Assembly: GCF_964204645.1 (NCBI RefSeq)
Contig: NC_134030.1
Coordinates: 21,040,210 to 21,104,209 of the forward strand
DNA from: Tubulanus polymorphus
Lineage: Eukaryota; Animalia; Nemertea
Reading direction: 5' to 3'
DNA length: 64,000 bases
Shown: one piece after another, positions 24,768 to 37,466 of the stretch
How the letters are laid out: each line of letters begins with the position of its first letter
Numbering within the stretch: position 1 is the stretch's first letter
Made by a program: the position numbers and the translations under genes
The notes under the pieces: generated by a model
Told to the model about the DNA's origin: nothing
The model's input: the letters and a program-made list of their open reading frames with translations, nothing else
Databases searched by the model: none

Positions 24768-25910
24768 CAATACAATACGATACAATAGAGAACAATGCAG
24801 TACAATCGAATACAATGCAATTCAATACAATCGAATACAATGCAATTCAATACAATCGAATACAATTCAATGCAATACAATCGAATACAATGCAATTCAA
24901 TACAATCGAATACAATTCAATGCAATACAATCGAATACAATTCAATGCAATACAATCGAATATAATGCAATTCAATACAATCGAATACAATGCAATTCAA
25001 TACAATCGAATACAATGCAATGCAATACAATCGAATACAATGCAATTCAATACAATCGAATACAATTCAATGCAATACAATCGAATACAATTCAATGCAA
25101 TACAATCGAATACAATGCAATTCAATACAATCGAATACAATTCAATGCAATACAATCGAATACAATTCAATGCAATACAATCGAATACAATGCAATTCAA
25201 TACAATCGAATACAATTCAATGCAATACAATCGAATACAATGCAATTCAATACAATCGAATACAATTCAATGCAATACAATCGAATACAAGTCAATGCAA
25301 TACAATCGAATACAATGCAATTCAATACAATCGAATACAATTCAATGCAATACAATCGAATACAATGCAATTCAATACAATCGAATACAATGCAATGCAA
25401 TACAATCGAATACAAGTCAATGCAATACAATCGAATACAATGCAATTCAATACAATCGAATACAATTCAATGCAATACAATCGAATACAATGCAATTCAA
25501 TACAATCGAATACAATTCAATGCAATACAATCGAATACAATTCAATGCAATACAATCGAATATAATGCAATGCAATACAATCGAATACAATTCAATGCAA
25601 TACAATCGAATACAAGTCAATGCAATACAATCGAATACAATTCAATTCAATACAATCGAATACAATTCAATGCAATACAATCGAATACAATGCAATTCAA
25701 TACAATCGAATACAATTCAATGCAATACAATCGAATACAATTCAATGCAATACAATCGAATGCAATGCAATTCAATACAATCGAATACAATGCAATGCAA
25801 TGCAAAATACAAGATACGATACGATACGATACGATACGATACGATACGATACGATACGATACGATACGATACGATACGATACGATACGATACGATACGAT
25901 ACGATACGAT
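24768..25910. repeat. Pentamer satellite (aatac/aatcg/aatgc/aattc) with a 25-bp higher-order unit, ending in (gatac)n
   Basis: Direct observation; source of the repetitive ORFs at 24815-25993. Confidence 0.95.
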
Positions 25911-26113
25911 ATAACACAATGCAGGTGATTAAATCGGGGATTTTCTTTTATTCTGTACTACGGCCTTCCAGTTTTTCCACATCCGCCCCGTAGTGGGCGA
26001 GTTATCTGTGCAGCTATGATTGGGCGATGGTTAAAAACGTTCATATAAAAAACGTCGGATACTTATCATTATAAAAGCCGTTCTATTCGCGTCATTATTT
26101 TGTTTGTGACAAC

Positions 26114-27214
26114 ATGGCTCACAACGAGGCTCACAACATGGCTCACAACGAGGCTCACAACATGGCTCACAACACCACCATCAATATCACTGATAATCTG
26201 AGCGCCGCGATTTGTCCAATCAGAACCGTCTATGTCCACATACACTACATATACCTACTCGGTATTGGTCCGCTATGCGTAATTGGACTGAATTTCAACT
26301 GTTTAATTTTCCTGACAATCCGACACCGGCAGGTGCGCGTTTCCGGCAACCAGACGAACTCGTTCTTGTTGCAACAGTTAGCGATTAGCGACGGTTGTTT
26401 CCTGGTGATTTCATTCGTATTTTTCGTCGTGCGACATTTGTACGAGCGACTGCGCAACGCCGGCGAGTTAACCGTCTACAAACTGAACGATACAGCGATC
26501 GGTTATATTCTCTTCTTCGCTACGATATTTCCGTATTTCTTCGCCCAACAGATCCGCAGTTGGGTCGTCGTCACGATGTCCGTCGATCGATTTCTGCACA
26601 TTCGTTTCCCGTTTTGGGCTCGAAAATACGCCACGGTCCAATTGTACAAAACCGTTTTTACGGCCAACATCGCGATATCGGCTTTTGTGCATTTATTCAC
26701 GGGGTACCTGACTCACGGCGTCGTTCTAAAACCACACCGGTGTCTACCGGGCCGGCCTAGGTATCTCGGAAAATTCTATGGCTTTGTCAGTTGGGATATC
26801 ATGAGAAAGTACAATAGCATAACCTATTTTGTGTTTCTGATCGGCGTTCCGCTATTGGTCTTATGCTGCGTCAACATTTTGCTGATCTCAGCAGTCCGGC
26901 GTGCCGCCAAACTATCAAAGTCGCTTGCCGCAGAAGGCGATTCCTCCTCCGGCGAGGCCCGGGCGCAGAATCAAGCAACATTGATGGTGATCGCTGCCGT
27001 AGCTGTGTTCATATTATGCGAAAGCCCGGCTTGCGTTGATCGGGTTGCCGGGCTTATCTACGCGTTCAAAGGTGTGTCGAATTTTCTTAACTACGCACGA
27101 AAAATCAGCCTTTTACTGGTGATTCTAGATTCGGTTCTGAATTTCCCGGCTTACTGTTTTTTCAGCAAAAGATTTCGTAGAGACGTCCTACAGTGTATAA
27201 CAATTCGGCATTAG
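26114..27214 (+). CDS. Intronless orphan class A GPCR (FMRFamide/sex-peptide-receptor-like family), 366 aa
   Basis: 7TM; LAISD in TM2, DRF in TM3, CESP in TM6, NFPAY followed by FSKRFR helix 8; N-terminal N-glycosylation sequons; TATA-like tataaaag at ~26070. Confidence 0.9.
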   Translation: MAHNEAHNMAHNEAHNMAHNTTINITDNLSAAICPIRTVYVHIHYIYLLGIGPLCVIGLNFNCLIFLTIRHRQVRVSGNQTNSFLLQQLAISDGCFLVISFVFFVVRHLYERLRNAGELTVYKLNDTAIGYILFFATIFPYFFAQQIRSWVVVTMSVDRFLHIRFPFWARKYATVQLYKTVFTANIAISAFVHLFTGYLTHGVVLKPHRCLPGRPRYLGKFYGFVSWDIMRKYNSITYFVFLIGVPLLVLCCVNILLISAVRRAAKLSKSLAAEGDSSSGEARAQNQATLMVIAAVAVFILCESPACVDRVAGLIYAFKGVSNFLNYARKISLLLVILDSVLNFPAYCFFSKRFRRDVLQCITIRH

Positions 27215-28321
27215 CATTTTAGCCACGCCAGACAGGCCTTCCGCAGTTATGAGTTAATAATGTTAACTCTAAGCGAGAATAAATTCATTTTCAATTAGTC
27301 AATGAGTTAACTCCCATCTCTGCGATGGTGCCGGCTACCAGAAGTCGAAAGTTCTTCACTTGGCTATAGATTCTTAGGTATGAGGATCCAATCCAATATA
27401 AATACCATAGATTCGGTATTTTCAAGACGCGAGACGATGTAGATCAGCTATCACTGACCAACAACGTCTATGTTCAGTGCTCAGTGTAGTTTGTTAGGTC
27501 TACCAAATCGCTGATAATCATCGGATCGGCTCATGGTGGTATGTGAGAGTATCCGATCGTGATACTATCAAACCGCGCACAGCTTTACTGACTATACGTC
27601 CAGTATTGACTTATCAATTTGTTTACAGCGCGCAAATTTCCGACCCAAAGCGTACGAAATCAATTCTCATGTGGATTTTTCATTGCTTGGTATTGACGTT
27701 TCAAATTGAATGCACCGTCTCAATTTGCGCTCCGAAGCGCGCGAAATTAATTCTAATGTTTCTCATGCAGTTCGTTAAATCTGGTGTACCATGTCACGTG
27801 CTCATCATTCTATCTGACACATCTACGGTTTCAGCTTGTATACTCCTATGGCAATTGCAAAGATATCAAGGCAAGGTGTTACGTTTCAAAACATTTATTT
27901 ATTTTTCGCCAATCGTAGCACAATCTGCACCCCAATATAACTAAGCTATGAGAACAACATTGCCCTGCAATATGCGCGACAGGGGCCTGACACAAAAAGC
28001 TTTGGACCCCAGTATCCTAGCTGCCTAGTTTACCTACATACCGGGGCCCAAAATCTTTACTGGTCAGGTCACTATGCACCGTATAAATTCACATTTGAAT
28101 ACGACGCGTGCATGGTGTGACTATGGCATTTGCTAAAAGGTACGAATGCTATATTTGAACGGACGATACAGATGACTCTGAAGGCTATTCTTTCGAAACC
28201 TTACGAATAGACACTTCGAATAAAATTTGGGAAACCAACAGTTCAGAATGGGTGAATAAACAAACTAACAAAGAATTTACTTTTATTTTGAAAAATATCA
28301 TCACATTTGCATTCCATAACA

Positions 28322-28657
28322 CATCCTCCCCCGGCAGGGATTCGAACCTGATGGCATCGAGATTCCCACGGCACGAAACCCTGCCATAATCGACCGTGTG
28401 CGCAGATACATGCGCAGTTCAGATGATGTGATTTTTAGCCAATCAGAAATCCCGTTTTATTTTAGCCCGGGTTTTCCCATTTATAGTTCATCCTTGAAAT
28501 TTGCCTCAACGATTATACAACGAGCAATCTGATTGGTGCCGCCAGTTTTCGTTCGGAAAGCTGCGCATGTACCTGCGCACCCGGTCTACTGATGCAGGGG
28601 TTCGTGCCGTGGCTGAGTGTAGCGATGCCAGGTTAGAGTCCCTGCAGAGGGAGGATG
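28322..28657. mobile_element. Mutator-like MITE with ~100-bp imperfect TIRs
   Basis: Ends catcctccc...gggaggatg; 9-bp TSD tccataaca at 28313-28321 and 28658-28666. Confidence 0.8.
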
Positions 28658-31600
28658 TCCATAACATAGAAATAAAGAACAATTTGAGGATTTCAATTCA
28701 TGCCTCCAACAAGTGATAAAAGTCGATATCATTTATTCGAAGAGAACTCATTCGGTAGAAAAGAAACGATGAAAATAAGCAGGACCAAGCCCAAGGGCTT
28801 CATTTCAACCGGCATTGAATTCTCATAATTTATTTCTAGCTTCTGTTAAAGGTGACAAAAATTGTCGTCATAATAAAGAGATGTTAAAATGACAACCAAA
28901 ATATAGCTAGGACAATTTAATGATTATCATACTGTTCACATTTGTCAAGAAACTGTTCCTCTTTTTTTCGATAGAACCTCGATTGGTATTTCCATAGGAA
29001 AGCATCAACGTTTGATTGTTGCTAAAACTTCATGAAACGATTGGAAGGTTTTAACGTGAATCATATTTATTCTTATACAACAATTATAGAAAATGCCAGA
29101 TTACGTGCTGGAGGAATTATAATGTAAGTTCCTCAAACACGTGGACTGTATATCAAAAATAATCCAACCATGGACGCATAAACTAGGACGATTAACTAAT
29201 TAACACTGTTCATATATCCTCATTTACCAAGAAACTGCTCCTCTATTTTCAATAAGACCTTAATTGAAATCCATCGTGGTATACAACTTCATTTGGGCCT
29301 TTGAAAATATCAAAGCCATGAGAATAGAACATCTACAGTTCTGTAAATACTCGCAGAATACCGCCTAACGTTATGGACCCATCTGGAACTCTGGTGGTTA
29401 ACGTTATGAAATACTATCTGCTCTCAGATTTTTGGTACTATTTTTAAGGCGCATCGGACTGGTCAGTCGTCCGTAAAAATCTTAAGATACATTTAAATGA
29501 TTTCCAAAAAAAATTGGTTTCCAAACAAATGTTAAAAAACATAGCCAGTATGCACAGAACTGTAGGTGGCGCCCACACTTTTTGGCCAAGTCAAGATTTT
29601 CAAAACATCATTAAAATCCAAAAACGAGAATATTACGCGTATTAACTTTTTATTGCGTCTAAAGTCTTAAGTTTATTAAAATCTGAAAATCTATGTCCAC
29701 ATATTTTCGCAAATACAAATTTTTTAAATACCGAATACTTAAAACGTTTTAGCTAACATTATTATGACGCCAAGGGAATATAAAATGAACCACTATTTCT
29801 AAGATTGATTGATAGAAGACTAAAAGACCAATTCATCCAATCAAGGCAGGTTGATATGGAGAACAGGTTTATATGTCATTATCACAAATCATTCAAGCTA
29901 TACTTAACTAACTATGCAAATTATCTGAACTTTAGTTCACAATATCATGTTTATATTATATCTCAGTCTAGACGTAACTCAATCAACCGATGAGTCAAAA
30001 CCAGGCGGTGGATGCGATCATTTAAACAGCGTCACCAACCTAACTATGGAGCGTAGATTTTATGGGACTAAGAAGGAACTTTCAGTCAGATTACGAAATG
30101 ACTCTGTTTACAGATTTGTCTCCACGAAAACAGTTCACCCAATCAATTTTAAAGTATAAGGATGCTATTCTATCGAGATATTCAAACGTAGATAGTTCCT
30201 TCTCAGGCCACAGAACCCTAACTATCCTCACTTCAATTCCATAAATAAATCATTACAAGTAGACTGTAATCTGGTAAATTTCGTTAACTACATTTCCAAC
30301 TATAGACCAGTTTGTAAAAATGCGATGTGTAAAAATAAAACAGTTCTTCACTATACTTGGAAGTCCACTTTTGTCTCTGTTGCTCCTCAAGTGTTTATAA
30401 GATTCACTAGCTGCTCTTCAAGTGTTTTAAGATGCACTAGCTGCTCCTGAGTCAATGTTTATAAGATGAACTAATATCTTTGCTCCTCCGGAATCAGTGT
30501 TTATAAGTTACACTATTGTCTCTGCTGCTCCTGAATCAGTGTTTTTAAGATGCGCTATTGTCCATGCTGCTCCTCGAGTGTTGATGGAAACCGCTACTGC
30601 TGCTCGAGAAGTGTTGGTAGAAATCCACCATCATTTGTTGAAGAAATCCTTCGTTGGGCGATAACTCGCTGCTGGCAGCACTACTTCTCATCTGGACGTC
30701 TGCAGTTTTCATCGGGTTCAGTAGTCGTCTACTTTTGGTTGTCGTTTACTAATCGAACACCATTATTTTCAGGATAGAGTTTAGCTGAAATAAGAAAAAA
30801 AGAACATCCTTTGACGCAGACGATCCTAACGAGCATTGATGATAATTTACACGATTATTTGAATTATACTGGACGCCAATTTTTTCATACAGGAAAATTC
30901 ATCGAAATTGACTGCAGTTTAAAAGTCCAATAATTTATAGTAGTTTAGTAGTTTTATACATCACTGTTTAGACCAGTAACGATAGAATATAAGGCTTGAT
31001 TCAAAATCAGTCGTACGGACCGTTACATGTAAATTATAATACAGCAAATTATTAGACAATAAAGAGGTCTGAAATGTCTATACTATAAGAATTTCCGAAC
31101 ATTTAAACCCATCTCTATTCTAGATATTTAAACAATACATATTTTTAGCTATAGTTTATTTCAGCAATTTGAGTGCCTATATCCTAGTAAGCCTACTAGT
31201 AATTACCCTCTATTGATTAATTATAACTGACCTATTTACATTTCAACAATCAGACAAGAATATTCATATGGGACTTCACGAGTAATATTTGGTGCAATGA
31301 TTGTCTTAGATATTAATTCACTAATAACCATATACCGGCCACAGAGGTTCAATCTTCAATTTATATTAAAATTGAGATACCAAACTTCACCAGCGCCTCT
31401 GTTCTCTGCAGTGCTATACGCATCCTGCCCTTGATGCTAACTCAGAAATAAAAAATCAACTTAGCTTTTTATGAAGACTGCCAGGTTCTGTTTCAAAAGG
31501 TCTCTTGGTGTTTTGTTGATGAGTTTTATTCAAGCTTGACTCTTCCATGGTCACTTCTGGTCGGTAGGGTCTAGATGGCTAATGTATCTCATGCTGGGCC

Positions 31601-31849
31601 TTTCCAGATTCAAGTTTAGCTGAAATGAGAAAAAGAATGACATTCTGTAGTCATACAATTCTTTGATTAATTGCAATTTACATGTGTATCAACTTAACTT
31701 TCTTAAGATTGCCGAGTTCAGTATCGCCTTAGTGTAGCATCCTTCCTCCGTCATCTTCTTCGTCATAGTCTTCTGGGGGAGTCCTGAAATGAAAAAAAGA
31801 GAAGAGCGATGAAAACCTGGTACGGAACAAAACTAATGTTCGAAAGCTT

Positions 31850-31990
31850 TTCAGCTCTCCGTCGCCGGTCACATGTCGAGAACACCAGACAATGAGCCAG
31901 CCAGGAATATACTACCCTCTACACGCCCTCACACAGAACGCGAAAACCAGAATGACAACGCCCCACATTCCCCATCTAACTGCAGGATGT
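31850..31990 (+). mobile_element. RTE-like LINE fragment (post-RT region)
   Basis: Degenerate QLSVAGHMSRTPDNEPA..LYTPSH; diverged inverted copy of 32440-32590. Confidence 0.55.
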
Positions 31991-32439
31991 ACTGGGCGAC
32001 GTCAGTAACTGACACACCTGTAAAATTGCTCGAAACACAAATGGCGCAGTACAACCAGCTTGACCGGGTGAGATTCAGGATCTCAACTAGCACCCAAAAG
32101 CGTGACAAGAGACTTCATCCACCGACCGAGGTTGTCACAAGGACACAATGAAACTAGCACTCACAAGCCGACGAGAGACTTCATCCACTGACCGGGGTTA
32201 TCACAAGGACACAATGAAAACTAGCACTCAAACTAGAAATCAAAGAGCGTGACAGTAGAATCATCCCTCAGCCGACTCAGAATACCAGAAACAAAGAGCG
32301 TGACAGTAGAATCATCCCTCATCCGGGCGGTCACAAGGACACAATGAATGCTAGTAGCGTGACAATCCAGTATAACCACTCCATTCGTATCCCGCGCAAT
32401 CCCGCAGATATGCCCGTTATTGACATCACTCAGCACACT

Positions 32440-32590
32440 TTGTAGATAGGTGGGGGCAGTGAGGCCTCGTCATCCTGGTTTTCGTGTTCCGTATGAGGGC
32501 GTGTAGAGGGCAGAATTTCCTGACCGACTCTTTGTCTGACATCCTCGACACATGACCGGCGAAGGAGAGCTGACGCTTTCGGACGTTAGT
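32440..32590 (-). mobile_element. RTE-like LINE fragment
   Basis: VRKRQLSFAGHVSRMSDKESVRK..LYTPSYGTRKPG resembles the RTE-clade motif RRLRFAGH..R..G.R..GRP. Confidence 0.6.
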
Positions 32591-33625
32591 TTTGTTCCAG
32601 CAAACGTTGAAATTCGACAGAGAAATCGGCCCTGAAAAATAAAACGGATTAGACGCTGAAAAACAGTATGGATTAATAAACACAGAACAGTACAGGACAG
32701 CACACGGACGGACAGTAACACATAAAACATAAAGACGTCGTTCCTCGCAAAGGAGGAACCAGCTAGTAGAGCGCAGCGTAATCGCGAGGATGATCGCCGG
32801 GATGATCGCCGGGATGATCGCCGGGATGAACGCCATATTCGAAATCCTGTCAGCACAGTGTGAAGATCAAGAGATGAATGACTGGCCTAGTGATTCTACT
32901 CACCGTCGACCGGTGGCGTATTTCAATATTTACCAATAGGCAGCCGCGCTGTTGTCTCTACTGTTGAAAGGCTTTACATTGAAGTTTGCTGACCGTTCCG
33001 CTGTTACACACGCTAGGCGATCGTGACGTCACCTCTGTAATACATCCAGCATATAGACTGGGCACACAGGTACCATTGAAAATTGATCTATAGAAATATC
33101 TCTGAACATTTCGAATTGTCGAAGTTACCGCATGATAAAACACTGACGCGACGTCACCACCTCTATACACCCGGCATCTGGATATGGTATGGAATTCCTG
33201 GAGGGACATGCCAGTTGCTAGTTGCCAGTTGCCAGTAGCCAGCTGCCAGTTAGTAGAAGAGTTTCTGGTGGATCCTCGCTTGCCACTGGCTGTCGGACCG
33301 TGACTCTGAAATTTCCAATTTTGTATTTCGCCTTTCAATTTGATGTCTGTATTGTATGGAAGACCTGGAGGAACATGCCAATTGCTTGTTGCAGATTGCC
33401 AGTTGCACATTTTTCAATCCGTCCGCCATTTTTTTAATATTTTACCATTTACTCCATATCAAGCATGGATAATATCAATAACACGATATAGCCATTATCA
33501 GTAACAGGTTTTCAGGCAAAAAAAATCAGTTTTAGCCAGTAAGGAATTGTTTCTGATGATTGACACCGGGGCTGTGAATAGCCTACGGCTACTAAACACC
33601 GACCGGAGCCGACTACGAGACCATT

Positions 33626-33880
33626 ACGTACTCACGATTCTTTTTTCACTTTAAAGCGAAATTAGACTCGAACATAAATACAGAAATTGCAGGCAAAATG
33701 TTAACCGTTGGAACCGACGAAGAAAAAGCAGTACTGAAAGCAATGAAAGAGACATTTCCATATGCTACTGACTCAATTGTTATGCTACCGACTTAATAGA
33801 AAACGTAAAACGGCATTTGCAACTCAAAATTGGGGTGAATGATAAAATAAAAGATGAAATAGTCGACACTTCATTTGGTT
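33626..33880 (+). pseudogene. Frameshifted Mutator (MULE) transposase fragment
   Basis: TYSRFFFHFKAKLDSNINTEIAGKMLTVGTDEEKAVLKAMKETFP / QLLCYR / IENVKRHLQLKIG matches the MULE D-E-A...FP...CxxH..N pattern; two frameshifts. Confidence 0.7.
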
Positions 33881-34072
33881 TTTAGTAGGAGCCCGGGCGT
33901 GGGGCTAGTCTGACCAAGACTCCGAATGCGGCCTTAGCAACGAACCGAAAAAAAGCAAGATAAAACAAGAACACTTAGTTTCATTTATTTCATAGTTTCA
34001 TATTTTTTCTATGAAGGTTCTATAATTCTAACTAGATTCTAATTGTTATTTCTCTTTGCACATCTGGTCGGT

Positions 34073-34894
<822 letters not shown>

Positions 34895-34987
34895 TATGCA
34901 CTGTATGTACTAGTACACACAAGTTATAAAGTTATTCCATACGCGCAGTACAACACAAGGCACGGATTTACTTTATGATTCGATTCG

Positions 34988-35135
<148 letters not shown>

Positions 35136-35981
35136 CTAATCTTAATCTTAATCTTAATAAGTGAATTGTCAACCGTGATCTACCCACCGCGACGACGGGA
35201 AATTAAGCATTTGCTCAGTCTTGTAACGCGAAATATATGTGTGTGTATATATGATATATGTATTACATCTAATCATATCTGCCGATATAGTATTTTTTGT
35301 TGAAACTTTCCAGCCATGCATATAGTCTCATATAGTCGCATATAGTATCATATTACATGTATATCTGCTTTTATATCAGTGCTTTATATCAGTGCTATCA
35401 GTGCTTGTTTATCAGATGTTAATGATTATAAGGGTTTCTGCTGCTTTCGCAGAAGCCCTCTTGTAATTCTGTTGATTATTATTATTATTTTAATAAATTT
35501 TCCACTTTTCAGCCGAATATTTTTCATAAAATGTAACTCCTCTCAGATTCGACTACCAACAGCTTATAAACGAAATTTTCATTTCTGTCAGAAATATAAC
35601 TCAGCGCCTGACCATTTCGAATTTGCGTATAGTAATCTATTATGAATTAATCCCGCAAAATTACCGGGTCTAAACAGCGACAAAAATAACGCAAAGAATC
35701 GTCATCCATTGATAAAAGTACACCCCGAAAAGCCTAAAATTTACCGGACGACCTTGAGCGTTAACTCAACCGTAAATCACGGATTCGGACTCACATTAGT
35801 CCGGACACGTCAATTCTCGCTATCTGATTCATATATGAGCGATTCAAAAAGCCGCCATTTTGTTTTCGCAAATCACCTAATCGGACTGATATAGTTCCCG
35901 ATCCGCCATTTCATGTTTTTGTTCCATCTATCGCCGCCATTTTGTACCATCTTCCGTTTGGCAGATGAACTCAACATTACC

Positions 35982-36529
35982 TAGACTGGTCGCCGGATTC
36001 GTGGTAGCATATCAGACGAAGATGAGGAACATCTCCTTCTGCATTGCACAGTGTTTAATATCAGGCGATCTAAACTATACATGGGACCTTGCCAGATTTT
36101 CAACATTTGATTTTAATCTTAACTGTAATTCGGACAAAATAGCCTTTCTATTAGGCAGTAACGACCGTGAAATCATGAAGTATATTCAACAGTTATTTCT
36201 GACTGTTCTTGTATTAGGAACTTGAAATTGTTTGGTGTACTACCGAAATAATACCATAATTTCTCTGTATTTTTGATTGTTTTGTAACTTGTAACTATTT
36301 TTGTACCTTTATATCACATTTTCTTTCAGTTTGTTTCTCTATTGTAAACAATCCGATAATGTTATGTTCATTAAGGAACAATAAAGTTTATTGTATTGTG
36401 TTGTAATGTATTGTATTGGTCTCTACTTTCAGCATAGAACTATAACGGAATTCCGTTATAGTTCTATGCTTTCAGTTAGATTCTGACTGCGAATGCAGGT
36501 GGCGCAGAATTGGACAGGCGACCAGTCTA
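35982..36529. mobile_element. Non-autonomous DNA transposon (Mutator-like TSD) carrying a nested 36-bp palindromic insertion at 36433-36468
   Basis: TIR tagactggtcgcc/ggcgaccagtcta with a 9-bp TSD aacattacc. The inner element catagaactataacggaattccgttatagttctatg is flanked by a ctttcag duplication. Confidence 0.8.
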
Positions 36530-37466
36530 AACATTACCTTAATCGCTTCAAAGACATGCCACATCAAGTTCGAATTCCGACAATGCAATAATTTTGTTAC
36601 CTATAATTCCCTCTTTGTGATTTAAGTAAATTAATGTTCATTGAATATACGTTGTTAAGGTCGTTTTCAAAGTTGTTATAGTTCAAACATATGTATAATA
36701 TGTAAACTATCCCTAATAAATGAAAACAAAAAAAACCTTTTTTTAAAAATTGTTGTTTATTTCTAAATGCAAATTCCTCATTTAACAAATTGTAAGTAGA
36801 CCAACCTACCGGTAGTATTAACTAAATTATGGATCATCATGCGCAAGGAGAGCATGTGCGACAGACTAGTTCATGCAACTGCCACCAGGAGCCTTTGAAA
36901 GAACCATATCTTCGGTTGAGCCATTTTGGTACAACGATACTTTTTACGTGGTAGCCCTTGTATATAGCTGGGTCCATATATCCAGCATATTGTTGACCCA
37001 GGTTGCGCTTCTTGGAAATAAGGCATATGTTATGAACTGTAGAATTATTTCGATGACGCTTCCCAGTGCGATATATGAACCAGTTAGGCAGAAACCCGTT
37101 ATCGCTGCTATGCAGCTATATTTATTTTTTTCACACTTTGTAACATGTATGTACTTATAAATGTCAGTCACTGAGTGCATTTGTTTATACTGAATAAATA
37201 TTTGAATTGAATTGTAATGATTACATTAGGTTTCACTAGAAATACTTTTTCGACGAGCTGCGTTACGAAAATAAACACAGATTTTTTGAAGACATGTTTG
37301 AATTGGATATGGATTTTTGAATGATATTTCAGGGAGTTTTGTGTATAGCATATGAACCGGTTTGTTACGCCGCAATCGTGGCGACGCGAGTCCAAGCTCC
37401 GGGAAGTAGTGATACCGATATGGAACAGTTTTTCAGTCCAGCCACCGAGATTTTGCGAAATCAGAA

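Noticed and set aside
24815-25993. 392-aa and overlapping repetitive ORFs
   Set aside because: Pentamer satellite that happens to lack stop codons.
28328-28352. tRNA gene
   Set aside because: Only a T-arm-like motif inside a MITE TIR; no cloverleaf.
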